Assembly (NCBI GenBank): GCA_030429145.1
Contig: JAUIDC010000001.1
Span: forward strand, 630,001-662,000
Source of the DNA: Candidatus Saccharimonadota bacterium
GTDB lineage: Bacteria; Patescibacteriota; Gracilibacteria; Absconditabacterales; Absconditicoccaceae
DNA length: 32,000 nucleotides
Reading direction: 5' to 3'
Position 1 is the first letter of the stretch, and each line of letters opens with the position of its first letter. A program made the translations under genes and the position numbers. The notes under the pieces were generated by a model. The model was not told the origin of the DNA. It was given only the letters and a program-made list of their open reading frames with translations, and searched no databases. Below, in pieces: positions 8,785 through 18,391 of the stretch.

Positions 8785-9255
8785 ATGTGCAAACACGTAG
8801 ATTTTATTGTTCCTGCGGGAGACGAGGCCATAGTTACACAGATAAGAGGACTGTGTGAAGCAAATGATATGGATTACTCCATTATCTATCATGGCAAAGT
8901 AATGTTTAGGGGAAGTGAGTTTACATTGCTTTCTTCCGATGACTCTGTTTATACTGGGCCAATAGAACAGTATGAGTGCATGAAGAGAGTTTATCATTCT
9001 TCACTTCGATTAAGGTATGCGCTTATGTGTTCGGTTTATCCGTTGGTGAGTTGTATTGATAAGAAAATCGAATCAATTGCTAACCCACCTTTTTCTATAA
9101 ATGACCTTATAAACAGAACTATTATTCTTTTTGGGAGTTGTCCCATGTTCCAAAAGTGGGTTAATTATTCACTTAATCGATATGGTAGAAGGACAGATCC
9201 ATTGTCTGTTTATCCATGTATGGAACAAGTTATATCAGAGCTAAGGGGGGAATAA
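8785..9255 (+). CDS. Hypothetical Cys-rich protein
   Basis: Intact 156-aa ORF with ATG start and TAA stop, ending inside a terminator hairpin. It has no TGA codons and I recognise no family. Confidence 0.6.
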   Translation: MCKHVDFIVPAGDEAIVTQIRGLCEANDMDYSIIYHGKVMFRGSEFTLLSSDDSVYTGPIEQYECMKRVYHSSLRLRYALMCSVYPLVSCIDKKIESIANPPFSINDLINRTIILFGSCPMFQKWVNYSLNRYGRRTDPLSVYPCMEQVISELRGE

Positions 9256-9265
9256 CCCCCTTTTT
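9245..9265 (+). terminator. Intrinsic terminator
   Basis: gggggg (9245-9250), loop aataa, ccccc (9256-9260), then ttttt (9261-9265). It overlaps the stop codon of the 8785-9255 gene. Confidence 0.7.
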
Positions 9266-9633
9266 CTTAATATAAAAAAACCCACTAACCGAAGTCAGCA
9301 AGCTTTTTAGAGGGAGAGAGAGTAAATATCGTTGCCAACATACATATACACGTCAAAGACGTTCATATATCCTTATATAATCACATGCTTTTTCGGTGAG
9401 ATACTAGGTATCTTTGCGGCTATCGGATGATAATACGCTATGGTTTTAGCATAGAGTACTGATCTGGGAAGATCAACTACATAATATGATGCATGACTTA
9501 TCAGGTTCTGATCGCTCAGATTGACTTGTCTAACCATATAGTTTTACCTACTGGGTATATAACACAAGGTTATATTTTTTGCAGTTATCTGTAGGTTATA
9601 CAGATACAATGTTGACTGACATCTATCCTTCTC

Positions 9634-9803
9634 CCTAGGAGAGACACTGTCACATAGAGCCAAGCTCGCACGATTGAGTGAGGGGTGACCTCAGATTCAA
9701 TAGTGGTCTGATATACCCTTATAACAGACTAGTAGACAACTCTATAGTATATTGTTAGTAAGGTTTTTGTGTATATCGTATATGTAGCAGTGTCTGTCTT
9801 AGG
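9634..9803. repeat. Long-range imperfect inverted repeat enclosing about 138 nt (candidate structured RNA or relic element)
   Basis: cctaggagagacactg (9634-9649) pairs with cagtgtctgtcttagg (9788-9803): 14 Watson-Crick pairs, 1 G-U pair and 1 mismatch over 16 positions. The pyrimidine/purine flanks (ccttctcc / ggaagaaa) partly extend the pairing. Several small internal hairpins are present, for example tcaga...tctga and gtctg...cagac. Confidence 0.55.
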
Positions 9804-10029
9804 AAGAAAAACGCGTGCCGTTTTGATGACGATATTTCTTTGAATGACCTTCATTGTATAACCCATTATATAGCATTTTTCGAAAATTGTCAAATTTTTT
9901 GCTACTTTTTTACTCTTTTTTGTGAAGAAAACAAAAAACGCCTCTATAAAAGGCTTTTCACATGCTTCCCCCTTCCATATTAAGCTAATAATCTACATAT
10001 TTACTTGTAAAATACTCTCATAATCATAC

Positions 10030-10037
10030 AAGGAGGG
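10030..10037 (+). promoter_or_regulatory. Shine-Dalgarno site of the pilin gene
   Basis: AAGGAGGG, with AGGAGG at 10031-10036, lies 7 nt upstream of the TTG at 10044. It is the strongest SD I saw in the window; most other genes lack an obvious one. Confidence 0.55.
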
Positions 10038-10043
10038 GAGATT

Positions 10044-10691
10044 TTGTTCTATGTGTATGAGATGTACTCCAAAAAGTATTTTCAACAATCCTTTACCCTG
10101 ATAGAAATGCTGATAGTCATCGTGATTATTGGTATTTTGGCGGCAGCACTTGTCCCAAGATTGACTGACATGCAGGCAAGAGCAAGGGATACCAAAAGAA
10201 AAGTGGATCTTAAAAATATTCACGATGCAGTCATGGTCTACTTTGCCGACAATGGACAATATCCTCTGCATACTAATCAATATACCAATACATATGCTTT
10301 TGTCTGTCCGACAGGATCAGGCTATAATAATATTTGTTATATTGGTAGCGCTGGACATGCCAATCCTGGTACTCAATGGTTTCCAACATTATCATCATAC
10401 ATGAGCCCAATGCCTATAGACCCAATTAATCAGAATACTGAATTTGCCTATGGTAGAGCATTTAGAACTGGTTACTACAACTACTATTATGGTAACGTAT
10501 ACAACAGCCCTGTGCATTCTTTTGACTTGGGTGCTCGCCTAGAAAACCGTCAGGATCCAGATAGATGTGGACTGAAGCTCTACAAAATGTGATCTACTAA
10601 TGCCGCAGCCTGTCCGGGGAATGCAACCTCATTCGGATTCTTTGATAGTATTATGATCTATGATTATTCACCACCGTATGCTACTAATTAA
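10044..10691 (+). CDS. Type IV pilin / pseudopilin-like protein with N-terminal prepilin motif
   Basis: The leader MFYVYEMYSKKYFQQS is followed by FTLIEMLIVIVIIGILAAALVPRL (class III signal, Glu at +5). The TGA at 10590-10592 is read through (..YKMGSTNAAACPGN..) to TAA at 10689-10691. The start could instead be ATG 10062. Confidence 0.8.
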
Positions 10692-10720
10692 AAAAGACGT
10701 CATGGGCGTCTTTTTATTTT
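10692..10720. terminator. Bidirectional intrinsic terminator (pilin gene / rlmN)
   Basis: aaaaagacg, loop tcatgg, cgtcttttt, followed by a T-run. The rlmN stop at 10714-10716 lies in the T-run. Confidence 0.7.
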
Positions 10721-11904
10721 TTCAATACTCTCAGATTTTTACCTGTAGCTTTTATCTCGTCACGGTGCTCATAGACCTTTTCATAACCGAGCTGACCACA
10801 GGCGCCTTTGACTCCGCGTCCAAGGGTGTCTCTGACCGTTACCGTGACACCTCCTTTTTCTAAAATTTCTTTAAATTTCATAATCTTGTTTCTGCTCGGT
10901 TCTTCCAGATCGATGGCAGGGTTCTCATTGTAAGGGATTAGATTGATATGAGAGTGTACCGGTCTAGCAAGAAGCAAGTCAATTAACTCATAAGCAAGCT
11001 CTGGTTTGTCCGTCTTATCTTTGATCATGATGTACTCATAAAATATTTTCCTGCCCGTTTTCTCCGTATACTCATCAACTTGTGCAAGGAGTTTATCGAG
11101 AGTATACATTTTGGTGATGGTTGGAATAAGTTCACTACGAAGTTCTTGATTTGGTGCGTGCAATGAGAGTGCAAGCATGACCTCCAGGTTGTCATCAATC
11201 ATTTTTTGTATGCCTGGTATGATACCACTTGTGGAGATGGTAATATGACGGCGAGAAAGAGAAAATCCGTTTTGGTCGAGCATATAATGTATAGATTTTT
11301 TGACATTGTCATAGTTGAGGAGTGGCTCACCCATACCCATAAAGACGATGTTTCTGATCATGTATCGACTGTTGTCTTCTTTTTTTCCTAGTTTCTCTTT
11401 AAGATAGTTGTTTGCATAGAGCACCTGCCCGATGATCGTCTGTACATCAAGGTTTTTGAGTAGTCCGAGTTTGCCGGTAACACAGAAGATACACCCTACT
11501 GAACAACCTACTTGCGATGAAACACATAGTGTGAGACGGTTGAGCTTTTTCCCATCGACCAGCGTCGTAAATCCTTTTTTGTACTCTTTTGATCATTCGA
11601 TAATTTCATGATAGTGGAACATGATAACCGATTCGATCACATTGCCATCTTCTAGTTCAAAGAGGAACTTAGTTGTATCAGGCGACTCTTGTTGCTCTTT
11701 GAGTTTGAACGGTACAATAGAAAAATTCTCTGAGAGAGAGTCTCTCATCTCTTTACTCAAAGCTGTCATCTCTTGGAAATCAATGACTGAGTTTTTGAAG
11801 ATCTCGTGATAAATTTGTTTAATGCGAAAAGGTTGGAGCTGGTGCTCCTTTCTTCGTGCTTCGAGTTTTTCTGCATCAAAAATAGAGGCTTTCATAGCCT
11901 CCAT
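10714..11904 (-). CDS. rlmN: Radical SAM 23S rRNA/tRNA m2A methyltransferase RlmN
   Basis: ORFs 11593-11904 and 10714-11424 join through the TGA at 11593-11595. The bridging segment reads GSKEYKKGFTTLVDGKKLNRLTLCVSSQVGCSVGCIFCVTG, which carries the CxxxCxxC radical-SAM motif. Downstream motifs are NIVFMGMGEPLLNY and ACGQL. The stop is TAA. Confidence 0.9.
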
Positions 11905-11936
11905 TATAGCAAAATGCCTTTGAAAAACAACCTTCT

Positions 11937-12950
11937 CTAGAGCTGCTTGTCTATTTCTGTATTGATATCATCAACGATCTTTTTGACCTGTGTCTCAAAG
12001 TCTCCTTGAGCAGGCTGTCTTGCGCCAGCTGCATAGATGTGCCCGCCTCAGTTCATTTGCGTAGCAATCTGTTGTACATTGATTCTCTTACCATCGCTAA
12101 GATAACCTGACCTTAGAGAAATGCCGACTTCACCCGTAGTTCCCAGTCTGATGATGGCGAAGACACCGACGCCTCTGATCGGTTTGATGTTATTGAGGAT
12201 CATGATATCTGCTTCATCTTTATCAAATCAAAGATCTTCTATCTCTTGCACAGTATATCGAGCATAGCATACGTTGTCTGTACGAGTGATTCTTGGGGTG
12301 GTCATTTTGAGAAGATCAATAGCTGATCGTTTGCTATTATTGAAAATATATTCAATAAGCCAAGCTTTCTTCGCTCCTATCTTAATAAGTGCAATAGCAT
12401 TGCTCATGGTTCTCACAGTATCTTGTTCATACTGGAAGTTTCCCGTATCCGTCATGATACCCATGTATCGATAGGTCGCTATATCAGCATCAATGTGCTC
12501 TGGAAATGTCTCTTTGCATATTTCGTAGAGGAGCTCGGTACAGCTTGCCGCATCAACATCTTTTAGCACTATGCTGTTTGCAGGATTTTCGTCACCGAGG
12601 TGATGATCTATGATCAATTTATCCTTGCTGTCAAAGTATGACTCATGGCCCTCGGTTAGCTTCTTGATGCGGCTGTAGACAGTAAAATCGACAAAGATGA
12701 TCAGATCTCGTTTGTCGCTATAGTCAAAATTAGTCTTTATCTTATCAATGCTTGGAAGAAAATCATAGGAACTACTTGGTGGAAGTGTCGTAAAATACTC
12801 CACTGTTTCCCCTAGATTTTCACACACCTTTCCAAGTCAAAGCATTGATCCAATGGCATCGCCATCAACGCTTTCATGTCCGAAAATAGCAATAGTTGAC
12901 GCATTGGTGATCTTTTCTTTAAAGCTATTGAGTAGCTCTTGGCTAAACAT
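11937..12950 (-). CDS. DHH/DHHA1 family phosphoesterase (NrnA-like)
   Basis: ATG at 12950. IAIFGHESVDGDAIGSMLGLGK carries the DHH motifs I-II, and IIDHH is the DHH motif itself. The C-terminal QMNGGGHIYAAG is the DHHA1 GGGH motif, whose first Gly is the TGA at 12048-12050. There are three in-frame TGAs, and the stop is TAG at 11937-11939. Confidence 0.85.
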
Positions 12951-12974
12951 TTGAGAAGAACTAAGGGTAAAAAA

Positions 12975-13436
12975 TTAGCTATTGAGCATCATAACTTGAT
13001 ATTGCAGAACTGTTGCAATACATACCCATACGAGGTAAGGGATATAGGCAATGCTCATCCATTTTCTGTACTTCCATACAGCAACCATTGATCGGACGAT
13101 CGTTAGGAGTACTAGTACAATATCAACAAAAGCGAGCTGAAAATTTGCCAGACCAAACTGTATATAGGTGAAGATCATGTTGAAGAGGAGGTTGAGTCCA
13201 AACGGCCAAAAGAGTTTTGCTGGCAGTTTTTTTCTGATAACCTCAACGATAAGTGCGATCAATACAATAGCCATGATCGTGTAGAGGATAGACCATACTG
13301 TTCCAAATACTCGAGTTTCTGGAGCTCGCTCTGGTCTGATTCGATCAAGATATTGACCCTGTGTGTTAAAGTCCATAAGATTTCCGAAGTTCATGAGTGT
13401 ATGAGTAAGAAGATAAATTATTTTGTTATAAGTCAT
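12975..13436 (-). CDS. tspO: TspO/MBR family tryptophan-rich sensory protein
   Basis: 153-aa intact ORF with five hydrophobic helices. PERAPETRVFGTVWSILYTIMAIVL and YIPYLVWVCIATVLQYQVMMLN match TspO signature regions (from recall). Confidence 0.75.
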   Translation of the reverse strand: MTYNKIIYLLTHTLMNFGNLMDFNTQGQYLDRIRPERAPETRVFGTVWSILYTIMAIVLIALIVEVIRKKLPAKLFWPFGLNLLFNMIFTYIQFGLANFQLAFVDIVLVLLTIVRSMVAVWKYRKWMSIAYIPYLVWVCIATVLQYQVMMLNS

Positions 13437-15895
13437 TTTTCTATGAGGAATTTTGCAAGGTCTCCAAAGAGTCTTCCTGCTGTGTACTCACCGTACTGCG
13501 TTGTTCTTGGTCTATGCACCTGTATGACTACTACATATTTCAAGTCGTCTTTAGTCACTATACCAACAAATGAACCGTCTGTCCATCCTGGTCCGCTCAT
13601 ATATTTTCCTTGGAATGCGAGCTGTGAGGTTCCTGTCTTTCCACCAAGTGTGTACCCAGGGATACCATACTGCCTAGTCAGTCATGCATAAACAACTTGG
13701 AAGAGTGTGTCTCTCATTTGTTCACTTGTTTCTGGTTTAATGATCTGTGCGCCGATTTTTGGTTGATTTTCCATATATTGACCAGTCTCAGGATCGAAGA
13801 TCTTGTCGACTAATGTTGGTTTTACTACGTGTCCTCCATTGACGAGGATGCTATATCAGGCCGCTACTTGTATAGGTGTGGCAAGCATACCTTGTCAGAA
13901 CGTGTTGTTATAGAACTGTGAAATAGGGATATTATTTGGTCCTTCGATCCTACCTTGGCGTTCACCAGCTAGTTCGATGCCTGTTGGTTTCCCGAAACCA
14001 AACTTCTCCATATAGTTGTAGAAGACCTCTTTTCCTATCTGCTGACCAATTCTTACCATACCGATATTACATGAGAAGATCACCGCATGGAGGAGCGGAT
14101 GAATACCTCAGCAGTTTTTCTTATCAGCATTACCAATAACCTGTACGAGCCCATTACCGATATCTAGTTCTACTTTGTTTGGATCATCATAGTAGTCGTA
14201 GAGGCTTATTTCGTCACTGTCCAAACCTATGGCAGTGGTGAACGGTTTGATAATAGAACCCGGTTCATAAGGCTGAGCAATATTTTTGTCAATAAACACC
14301 TGGGCTCCTAGCTTGTTTGCAGAGATATATTTTTGGAGGGTAGGGTCTTTTCTTTGCGTGTATGTTGCTGGGAGGATCTTTTCTCCTGAGAGATAGAATA
14401 CAGGGATGTCTCTATAGGTATCATCTTCTACAAAGACGCTTTCTGTCAGACTCAGTGGTTTGAGCTGGTATGCTTCCTGGTAGCTGTTTGGATTAAACGT
14501 TGGGTAGTTTACCATAGAGACTACTTTACCATTGAATGGATTCATGACGATAGCAGCGATGCTGTCTGCATTGAAAAGATCGGTATAGTATGCCGCAAGT
14601 TGTTCAAGTTTTTTCTGTATCATAGGATCGATAGTCAAATAGATATCACGTCAGTCTACTGGCTGTGTGATAGCGACCTCATTTGATCCGACCTGTCAAA
14701 GGAGAGGAGTTGAAAGTCCTCTGATCTCACCAGGAGTTCCTTTAAGAAGAGTGTCAAAATACTGTTCCACACCATAGAGCGGATAACCATCTTTTGAGTA
14801 GAATCCTAATAGATTTGCTGCAAATGTGCCATATGGATAGTACCTTGTCTCGTACTTCTCCAACCCTACACCATGTAAGAGAGGGATGCCTTTGACACAG
14901 CTATCATCCTGTCATTCACAGGTACTTTTGATGCTATAGTTGTCATTGATAAGGTCATTGATCTGTTTGGCGAGCGTTGCATTCAACCCGTCAGCAAGTT
15001 TTACATATCTGTTCTCTTGGCGAACAAAGAGATTGTTGATCTGCTGATCTGAGTATGCGTAGCCATACTTTTTCACGACCTCAGAAAGCTGCTGCTTCGC
15101 ATCAGACAGATTGCCGACTCTTCAAGGAACGATATAGACATAATGTCTTCCCTGTATACTGACGTAGGGAAGATTAAGTCCAGAAAGCTCTGCAAGAAAT
15201 GCAGCGTTTTCAAAATATCCAAGATAGTTTTGCTCTTTGAGTCCGATAGAGATTTTATTTTCAAGCGTGCTTTTAATAATGCCGACCGCTTGATCACCTG
15301 AGAAGGCGTTGATGATCTCTCTTCTTTCTTGATCGATAGAACTATTTTCTTCTATGATCTCTTGCTGTCTAAGACTGATGCCCGTAGTAGAACCATAGTT
15401 CTCACCAAGTTCTTCTTGTGTATAGAATACTACTTTTGGAACGGGTAGTATTTGAATTTGAGCAAAACGTTCAATGTTTTGGATACAACCAAGTGTGTCT
15501 ACCTCATTCAACCCATTCTTTTCACACAGATGTGTATAGATGACGGGAGTGAGGATATCTATCACTCTTGGTTTATCTCGGATAAATTTTGGATCGACAA
15601 AAAGATTGTAGACCTCGATGTTTTGCGTCAAAGCGATTGGTTTGTTGCTAGCGTCGGTCATGTAGACATTTCCTCTTTTTGCTTTGATGTCGACTGCATT
15701 GAAATGCTGTGAGGTCAAAGCACTGCTATAGTCTGTTGCCTGGATGATTTGTAGGTAGAACAGCCTTACAACAAGTATGCAAAAAAGAAAGGAAAGAATC
15801 CAAAGTAGCTGAGCATCCCTTGTGATTTTCCTTTTGCCAAGCCCAAATTTGTCCAATATCTTTTTTGTGAGTGCGCTCTTCTTTTTTGCTATCAT
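13418..15895 (-). CDS. Class B penicillin-binding protein (FtsI/PBP2-type transpeptidase)
   Basis: Fragments 15122-15895, 14108-14638 and 13895-14083, plus unlisted pieces, share one frame through nine TGAs. There is an N-terminal TM anchor. The SxxK motif is GSIIKPFT, SxN is FSCNIG and KTG is GGKTGTS. The frame reads through the ATGA junction with tspO to TAA at 13418-13420. Total length is 825 aa. Confidence 0.9.
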
Positions 15896-15960
15896 TACCG
15901 TTCATTAATAATACACGCAAGTTATAGTTAATATCTTTTCTACTGCAACAAGAGAGTATA

Positions 15961-15990
15961 AAAAAATCTCCCATTCCGAAGAATGAGAGA
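15961..15990 (-). terminator. Intrinsic terminator downstream of the 16018-16416 gene
   Basis: On the minus strand: tctctcattc, loop ttcg, gaatgggaga, then ttttttt. The stem has one G-U pair and a TTCG tetraloop. Confidence 0.75.
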
Positions 15991-16017
15991 TATATGTTAG
16001 GTTGTTTTATCCTCTAG

Positions 16018-16416
16018 TTAAGTAATAGACTGGATTACGAAGAAGATAAGACTTACAAATAACCATGCGAGACCGATGAACAAGAGTCCAATACCAGCTT
16101 GCTTGAGTATCTGGAAACCTTTTTTGTACTTTCCGTCGTCACCTGCAGCAGTTACCATCTGGAAACCACCCCAAAGAAGAACAATAAGTGCAATAAGTCC
16201 GAGCAATCCGAGAAGCCAGTTAATACCGTTTCTAATAGTAAGGATAAGCCCATCACCTTGGAGACCTTGTTGTGCTCCGGGTACATCTGGATTGTATTGT
16301 GAATTCTGCTGTCCGAACCCACCTGGAGTTGTCGTGCTTACCGCAAACGCATCTCCAATCATAACAGTAGCTGCGACAGCACTTGCTACAATAGCGTGAC
16401 CTGCTTTTTTCAGCAT
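16018..16416 (-). CDS. Small secreted/membrane protein, TrbC/VirB2-pilin-like
   Basis: 132 aa. It has a signal-like N-terminus (MLKKAGHAIVASAVAATVMIGDAFA), then a Gly/Gln/Pro-rich segment, then two TM helices flanking GGFQMVTAAGDDGKYKKG. This layout is typical of TrbC/VirB2-family proteins common in CPR genomes (from recall). Confidence 0.5.
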   Translation of the reverse strand: MLKKAGHAIVASAVAATVMIGDAFAVSTTTPGGFGQQNSQYNPDVPGAQQGLQGDGLILTIRNGINWLLGLLGLIALIVLLWGGFQMVTAAGDDGKYKKGFQILKQAGIGLLFIGLAWLFVSLIFFVIQSIT

Positions 16417-16561
16417 AGTAATCTTATGATTAAAAGGATAAATTTACCAACAATAGTTAGACAAAAACTACATGAATGCAAGAGAAAAGTCATAAAAACC
16501 TCTTCTTATATCTTTACTTATCGTCAAAACATACAAAAATATACTAAAAAGGCGTTTCCCG

Positions 16562-16590
16562 TTGCAATTACAGGTGCTAATACGTATAGA
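16562..16590 (+). promoter_or_regulatory. Sigma70-like promoter candidate, positioned for a leaderless mRNA
   Basis: TTGCAA (16562-16567), a 17-nt spacer, then TATAGA (16585-16590). The ATG at 16598 lies 7-8 nt after the -10 element. Confidence 0.35.
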
Positions 16591-16597
16591 CTACTAC

Positions 16598-16996
16598 ATG
16601 AAAGAAAAACTCTCACTATGGTGTGATCTCAATGATATACATGATATCGAACACATGGAGCAGCTTGCTGATATGCTTGCTCAGTTTTCTCATGTATGTG
16701 CGTATCATAGATATGATTATCTGTTCCTGTGATATCATGCACTTGTGCATGGCAAGATAGACGAAGAAGCTTTTTTTACGCTTGGTGATATCACAGGCGC
16801 TGAGGGAATGTTCGCTCACGCCCGCAGGGCGTGACTTGAAACAGTATTTATGCTCGAAGAAGCAATTGCTGATCAGACCCTCTACATCGTTGAACAAAGT
16901 GCTCGAGCATACTTCCTCGGAAAAGTAGGGGAGAAGGTATGAAAAGCACTACAAAAAGATATAGAGTCGCATGGGTCAGCACTAGTAGTTATATAA
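16598..16996 (+). CDS. Hypothetical protein, visible only under code 25
   Basis: 132-aa frame with three in-frame TGAs and TAA at 16994-16996. It reads MKEKLSLWCDLNDIHDIEHMEQLADML...FLGYHALVHGKIDEEAFFTLGDITGAEGMFAHARRAGLETVFMLEEAIADQ... It is co-oriented with hisS 28 nt downstream. The listed minus-strand ORF 16616-16897 (TTG start) is its antisense shadow. Confidence 0.5.
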
Positions 16997-17024
16997 TTTT
17001 TTATCATCATTAATTGAGATTATT

Positions 17025-18317
17025 ATGTATCGTCCAGGTTGATTTCCGGAATATGCACCTCAACAACAAAAACTATTTGACATCATCTATGGTGTTATCG
17101 CACAAGAGTACTATCTTGCAGGATATCAACATATACGAACTCCTGCGGTAGAGAAAAATGAGGTGCTACAAAAAGGATGAGATGAAGTTGCTAATCAGAT
17201 CTTTTGATTGTATGGTCTTGCACAAGGTGCAGAGGATTTGAAAAGTTACGCAATGCATTTTGACCTAACGGTTCCGTTTGCTCGTTATGTGCTCGATTGG
17301 CAAAATGATCTGACATTTCCATTTAAGCGTTACCAGATACAGCCAGTGTGGCGTGGTGAAAGAACGCAAAAGGGGAGATACAAAGAGTTTTGGCAGGCTG
17401 ATATCGATGCGATCTGGCCTGAGAGTGAAGCAAGTAAAAAAGACTACAATAGCTTTTATGATGCTGATATTATCAGTACCCTTGCAAGGACTCTAGGAAA
17501 CGTCTTTTCAGCAGTACAATGTGAAGAGACATTGGAAGTGCACATTAATGATAAGAAAGTGCTCCATACATTTATGCAGGAGGAGTTACAAGTAAATGAG
17601 GCTGATGAGAAAGCATTGCTTGCACTGTTTGATAAGTTTTACAAGCTCGAAGAAAAAGAGTTCTTTGTGCAGGCTGAAAAGCTTGTAGGCAAAGATGGTG
17701 TAGCAAAAATTAAGGAACTCATGTCTCTTTCAGAAGAGCAGATCAAAAAGAAATATCCGACTATTGCTTCTGTGCTTTCGCTTGTAAGATGTGACTGTGC
17801 AGACAATGTGTCGATTACCTTTGATCCATTTATCGTTCGTGGTCTAGACTACTATACTGGTACGGTATTTGAAACATTTATCTCAGGGCGTACGGATCTT
17901 GGAAGCATCTGTTCGGGAGGGGCTTATGAAAACTTTACCCACTTTCTTGATGCAAAGAGAGTCTATTCATGAGTCGGCGGAAGCATCGGACTTTCAAGGC
18001 TCTTTAGTATCCTGACCGAGGAGTTTGGTCTAGTAGAGGCTCCGTTGGCAGATGAGAAATCATTTCTTGTTGTGCACTTTGAAAACATGTTAGAGGACGC
18101 CTTCCATATTGCTGATGCGGTGCGTCGTGCAGGCCATGGCGTTGAAATCTATCCGTTGCCTGAAAAGATTGGTAAACAGATACAATATGCAGATAAAAAA
18201 GGCCTGACACGTGTTGTCATATTTGGCGAAGCAGAAAAGCAAGCAGGAGAATTTAAAGTCAAACATCTTACGACGGGTGAAGAGAAAACCTACAAGATAG
18301 GAGACACTATCATCTAA
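17025..18317 (+). CDS. hisS: Histidine--tRNA ligase
   Basis: ATG at 17025, with four in-frame TGAs. Motifs present are MYRPGGFPEYAP, FDLTVPFARYV, RYQIQPVWRGERTQKGRYKEFWQADID (motif 2) and YSGVGGSIGLSRL (motif 3, with the TGA at 17970-17972). The C-terminal anticodon-binding domain is ORF 18045-18317, and the stop is TAA. Confidence 0.92.
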
Positions 18318-18340
18318 ACTATTTCATTTTTCATTATAAA

Positions 18341-18374
18341 AAATCCCGCTCTGGATATACCGAGCGGGGTTTTT
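18341..18374. terminator. Bidirectional intrinsic terminator (hisS / lipoprotein gene)
   Basis: An A-run, then cccgctc (18345-18351), an 11-nt loop, gagcggg (18362-18368), then ttttt. Confidence 0.75.
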
Positions 18375-18391
18375 GTTACGTAGATTCATAT

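Noticed and set aside
9993-10280. Listed 95-aa minus-strand ORF overlapping the pilin start.
   Set aside because: It overlaps the SD and the conserved prepilin N-terminus on the opposite strand and has no supporting signals.
16616-16897. Listed 93-aa minus-strand ORF.
   Set aside because: It has a TTG start, no upstream ATG and an odd composition. It lies entirely antisense to a longer plus-strand frame (16598-16996, code 25) that is co-oriented with hisS and has a promoter. I treat it as a shadow ORF, but this is not proven.
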